DNA of 63,613 nucleotides, filler included. It is 5 parts of 5 records of this genome, joined end to end, with 100 filler letters (N's around TTAATTAATTAA, not from the genome) between each part and the next. Parts side by side here need not be neighbours in the genome. Positions count along the whole stretch, not along the records: positions 57,906 to 63,613 come from SRR31156797_13890; 4 more parts are not named here. The stretch is one strand, 5' to 3'. Under the pieces are notes generated by a model that was given only the letters and a program-made list of their open reading frames with translations, did not search any database and had not been told where the DNA came from. The position numbers were made by a program, and so were the translations under genes. Positions 60,170 through 63,613 of this stretch are shown here, in pieces; positions within the stretch are counted from its first letter, which is position 1, and each line of letters starts with the position of its first letter.

Positions 60170-60755
60170 CGCGGTTGGTCACGGTCAGAACCTTGTCGAT
60201 GTCCTTGACGATGGCGACGGCCTTTTCCGATTCCGCCGCCGAAAGGGCGCGCCCGAACAGGAAAACGTGACCGTCGACCGACCGCCAGCGGAAATTGGTG
60301 ACGTTGACGCCCTTGCCGTCCAACAGCAGCGCGTTGATTTTCTTTTCGATAACGGTGTCGTCGACAAGGCTTTCGGCCGTTCCCTTTTTACGGTCGACGT
60401 CCCTGATCACCAGGATTTCGTTGTGGATCGCCCCGACCCCGTCGATGGCCCGGGTTAGATCGCCGGCTTGTCTTTTCTGATCTTCCGTCTCGACGATGCC
60501 GGTCAGCATAACGTCCTGTTCGTAAACGTCGGCACTGATCGAAATGACGTCGGTTCCCATCTTGTCGATGACCGAGGCGGTGATTTTTGCGCTGATCGCG
60601 GTGTCCTTGGCGATGTCGGACGAACTGCGATCCTCGACGGCCGCTTCGACCAGACCTTTGACGGCGGAAAGCGGATTAAGGTCGAACGCCGCCACCGGCG
60701 TCATCGAAATCAAAACCGCCAAGGCGGCCAACAGGGGAATGCGCAAGGCAGGCAT
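60150..60755 (-). CDS. Dual BON-domain periplasmic protein (OsmY/DolP-like)
   Basis: Signal peptide and two BON units (D..I..KI...V.L.G...V.N). Confidence 0.85.
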   Translation of the reverse strand: MPALRIPLLAALAVLISMTPVAAFDLNPLSAVKGLVEAAVEDRSSSDIAKDTAISAKITASVIDKMGTDVISISADVYEQDVMLTGIVETEDQKRQAGDLTRAIDGVGAIHNEILVIRDVDRKKGTAESLVDDTVIEKKINALLLDGKGVNVTNFRWRSVDGHVFLFGRALSAAESEKAVAIVKDIDKVLTVTNRVKVRPK

Positions 60756-61092
60756 TTTCAGACGACCTCCATGCTTGGCGTTTCGGCTGATCCTCTCCCA
60801 CGGGAATATCCGGCATCATGCAATCCTTTGCCGCAACCGGCAAGGCGGCAAACAAAACGTACCCCTTCGGCGCCGATGGCCATTGACTTGGCGCCGGGTT
60901 GGCGGGATGGTCCTCCTTTCGATGCTGGCGCCGTGCCGCAATCGGCGTGCCGTAAACAGGAAAAACCGATCGAATTTCTTGAAACCGATTTGACCGAAGG
61001 CGAACCGGGCCCGTCGACGGTTCGTTCGATGCCGCCGGATTGAACCGGCATGATACGAAGGGTCTGCATCAGGAAAGGAATGGGAGAGGGAA

Positions 61093-62415
61093 GTGACCGA
61101 AATTTTTCATCGGCTTCCACGTCACGATCTGCCGTTGGCCGTTGGCGGCGAAGGGGTATTCATCATCGATTCCGCCGGCAACCGCTATATCGATGCCAGT
61201 GGCGGCGCCGCCGTTTCGTGCCTGGGGCACGGTCATCCGGCGGTTATCGAGGCGATCAAGAAACAGGCCGACGACATGGCCTACGCCCACACCTCGTTCT
61301 TCACCAACCAGCCGGCCGAAGACCTGGCGACGTTTCTGGTCGACAACGCGCCCGAGGGAATTGACAAGGTCTATTTCGTTTCCGGCGGTTCCGAAGCCAT
61401 CGAAACGGCGCTGAAACTGGCCCGGCAGTATTTCCTGGAAAAAGGCCAACCGCAAAGGCGCCATTTCATCGCCCGGCGCCAGAGCTACCACGGTAACACC
61501 CTGGGCGCGCTGTCGGTCGGCGGCAATTTGTGGCGGCGCAAACAGTTCGATCCGATCCTGATCGAATCGCACCATATTTCGCCCTGCTACGCCTACCGCG
61601 ACTGCGGCGAAAATGAAAGCGAGGCCGAATACGGCCTGCGCGTTGCCGACGAGTTGGAGGCCAAGATCCAAGAGCTCGGCACCGATACGGTCATCGCTTT
61701 CGTTGCCGAAACCGTGGTCGGCGCGACCATGGGAACGGTGCCGCCGGTACCCGGCTATTTCAAACGCATTCGCGAAATCTGCGACAAATACGGGGTGCTG
61801 TTGATCCTGGACGAGGTCATGTGCGGCATGGGCCGGACCGGCACCCTGTTCGCCAGCGAACAGGACGGAATCAACCCCGATCTGATTGCTATCGCCAAGG
61901 GGCTCGGCGGCGGCTATCAGCCGATCGGCGCGACGCTGTCGACGGGCGAGATCTTCGATGCCATCGTCGCCGGGTCGGGCTTTTTCCAGCACGGATTTAC
62001 CTATATGGGCCATGCCACCGCCTGCGCCGCCGGGCTGGCCGTTCAGAAGACGATCGAGGAACAGAACCTGCTGGAAAACGTGCGCCGTCGCGGCGAAACC
62101 CTGGATGCCGCCTTGCACGATAAATTCGGCAATCACCCGCATGTCGGCGATATCCGCGGCCGCGGTCTGTTCCGTTCGATCGAACTGGTCGCCGAGCGGG
62201 CAAGCAAGAAACCCTTCGATCCGGCGCTCAAGATCAACGCCAAGATCAAGAAGGCGGCGATGGCGAACGGCCTGTGCTGCTATCCCATGGGCGGCTGCAT
62301 CGACGGCCAGCTGGGCGACCACGTGCTGCTGGCGCCGCCTTATATCTCGCACGAAGGCGTCATTGCGCAGATCGCCGACAAGCTTTCGCTCGCCGTCGAC
62401 GCCGCCTTGAAATAG
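61093..62415 (+). CDS. Class III PLP-dependent aminotransferase (omega-amino acid type)
   Basis: DASGGAAV, SGGSEA, SYHGNT, DEVMCGMGRTG, AKGLGGG, HGFTY; GTG start. Confidence 0.93.
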   Translation: MTEIFHRLPRHDLPLAVGGEGVFIIDSAGNRYIDASGGAAVSCLGHGHPAVIEAIKKQADDMAYAHTSFFTNQPAEDLATFLVDNAPEGIDKVYFVSGGSEAIETALKLARQYFLEKGQPQRRHFIARRQSYHGNTLGALSVGGNLWRRKQFDPILIESHHISPCYAYRDCGENESEAEYGLRVADELEAKIQELGTDTVIAFVAETVVGATMGTVPPVPGYFKRIREICDKYGVLLILDEVMCGMGRTGTLFASEQDGINPDLIAIAKGLGGGYQPIGATLSTGEIFDAIVAGSGFFQHGFTYMGHATACAAGLAVQKTIEEQNLLENVRRRGETLDAALHDKFGNHPHVGDIRGRGLFRSIELVAERASKKPFDPALKINAKIKKAAMANGLCCYPMGGCIDGQLGDHVLLAPPYISHEGVIAQIADKLSLAVDAALK

Positions 62416-62477
62416 GCCGGGCAGGGGGGCGTCGCGCGGGTTCGCGCACATCCAGTCGCGACACAACGGTGAATGCA

Positions 62478-62512
62478 GAAAAGGGAACGCGGGTTTACCC
62501 GGTTCCCTTTTC
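62478..62512. terminator. Bidirectional terminator hairpin
   Basis: GAAAAGGGAAC-GCGGGTTTACCCG-GTTCCCTTTTC between convergent genes. Confidence 0.7.
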
Positions 62513-62580
62513 GCCGCGGGCTTGATGTGGACGCATAGTGCTCAAGCCGCGAGGGCGCTTCTAGAAACTCAAACAGCCTG

Positions 62581-62853
62581 TCAATAAAAACCCAGGCCAA
62601 TCAGCATCATGTCGAGCGCGTTCCACGACCAGTCGCGGGTCATGTAGCCGACCGCCAGCACCGTCGAGGTGCAGGCCGGCGAAATCCACCAGCGCGAATT
62701 ACAGCTGCCGATCGGGAAAAAACAGGAAGTGAAATCATGGGTACGGCGAATTTGCATGCGGCGCGCACGCCGCACGTCTTCGTCCCGCAACTGAACCATG
62801 TTGTGGGCAATCTGGTCGGGATCGGGCAGTTTCCTGCCGTAGATATTGAACAT
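62581..62853 (-). CDS. Small hypothetical protein (90 aa, Cys/Trp-rich C-terminal half)
   Basis: ATG with AGG/AAAGG upstream, GC3-rich codons in the 3' half, ends next to the terminator. Confidence 0.45.
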   Translation of the reverse strand: MFNIYGRKLPDPDQIAHNMVQLRDEDVRRARRMQIRRTHDFTSCFFPIGSCNSRWWISPACTSTVLAVGYMTRDWSWNALDMMLIGLGFY

Positions 62854-63004
62854 GCCTTTAACCTTCTGGTCAGAAGCCTGCTATGGCTATGCATTCTTGC
62901 TAGCCACTATCCCAATTGCCCAATCGCAATTCTAAGGACGGCTTGTTACCCAAAGGTTAATCGAATCTGTTTTTCCGCAGACAGAGGCATACGCGGTATT
63001 TCGA

Positions 63005-63613
63005 TCAGCCGCCCGGACCCAGCGTACGGTCCAGGTTGAAGGCGGCGCTGATCAGGGCCAGGTGGGTGAAAGCCTGCGGGAAATTGCCCAAGGCCTCGCC
63101 GCTGTGTCCGGTTTCCTCGGCATAAAGGTGTACATGGTTGGTGAAGCCGAGCATGCGTTCGAACATCAATCTGGCGTCGTCGAGAAGCTCGTGCTTGAAC
63201 TGCCCGGCCCGGGTCAGGGCCTCGACCAGCCAGAAGGTGCAGATGTTGAAGGTGCCTTCCTCGCCGGCCAGGCCGTCCGCCGCTTCATCCAGGTTGTAGC
63301 GATAGACCAGGCTGTTTGAAACCAAGCCGCCCTTTTCCGGCGGCCGCAGGATCGCGTCCAGGGTCTTCAGCATACGCGGGTCGGTCGGCGACAGGAAAAA
63401 GACCAGCGGCATCATCAGATTGGCGGCGTCCAGCGACGTGCCGCCGTAATGCTGAACGAAGGATTCGATCTCCTTGTTCCATCCTTCGGTCATGATCTCT
63501 TCGTAAATATTATCCCGCGCCGTCTCCCATTTGTTGCGATCGCACGGGAACGAGCGCTTGTGGGACAGCCTGATCCCGCGGTCCAACGCGACCCAGCACA
63601 TCAGTTTCGAATA
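63005..63613 (-). CDS. Glycoside hydrolase family 15 (glucoamylase/trehalase-like), C-terminal part (5' truncated)
   Basis: [45 protein letters not shown]. Confidence 0.92.
   Translation of the reverse strand, partial: YSKLMCWVALDRGIRLSHKRSFPCDRNKWETARDNIYEEIMTEGWNKEIESFVQHYGGTSLDAANLMMPLVFFLSPTDPRMLKTLDAILRPPEKGGLVSNSLVYRYNLDEAADGLAGEEGTFNICTFWLVEALTRAGQFKHELLDDARLMFERMLGFTNHVHLYAEETGHSGEALGNFPQAFTHLALISAAFNLDRTLGPGG

Noticed and set aside
60756-61092. Long GC-rich intergenic region before the class III aminotransferase as a possible riboswitch
   Set aside because: I could not recognise any aptamer consensus or expression-platform terminator by eye; an Rfam/Infernal scan would be needed.
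57908-62525. Many long overlapping ORFs, e.g. 61069-62466 (-, 465 aa), 57936-58739, 59548-60270, 60468-61043
   Set aside because: Shadow frames of high-GC genes with recognisable products in another frame or strand; no motifs, and several have Arg/Pro-rich composition.
57906-63613. Sharp GC increase suggesting a horizontally acquired island
   Set aside because: It coincides exactly with a spacer, so this is a different organism's contig.

Overview
This window is not one genome. It is five unrelated contigs joined by artificial 100-nt spacers (N44-TTAATTAATTAA-N44) at 11941-12040, 27719-27818, 33599-33698 and 57806-57905; lineage assignments below are inferred from composition and gene content. 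(1) 1-11940, very AT-rich, Arcobacteraceae/Campylobacterota-like: nhaA, an OmpR-family two-component pair, three unannotated single-TM microprotein ORFs near two copies of a duplicated TGTCAA-repeat promoter, a thioredoxin-fold protein, three tandem orphan histidine kinases (one with a Cys-less LOV domain), a ferredoxin:thioredoxin reductase-rhodanese fusion, an AAA ATPase and rnhB. (2) 12041-27718, probably a non-Bacteroidota FCB lineage such as Marinimicrobia (it uses Shine-Dalgarno sites): two paralogous TonB-dependent receptor / DUF4876-like lipoprotein / DUF6850-like beta-barrel cassettes around an atypical ABC transporter, followed by a gingipain(C25)-like peptidase-HEAT fusion. This is the best candidate for an uncharacterised import-and-process system. 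(3) 27819-33598, Bacteroidota (Prolixibacteraceae-like): GH36 alpha-galactosidase, NylB-like serine hydrolase, AraC regulator. (4) 33699-57805, similar Bacteroidota: SusC/SusD/ASPIC cluster with a LacI-type operator, hisS, a radical SAM/lipoprotein pair, a large T9SS-secreted nuclease, rluF, dapB, lepB and others. (5) 57906-63613, GC-rich Alphaproteobacteria-like: EamA transporter, glycosyltransferases, BON protein, class III aminotransferase, GH15. I saw no rRNA, tRNA, CRISPR array or transposase. Family calls come from motif recognition only; no database searches were run.
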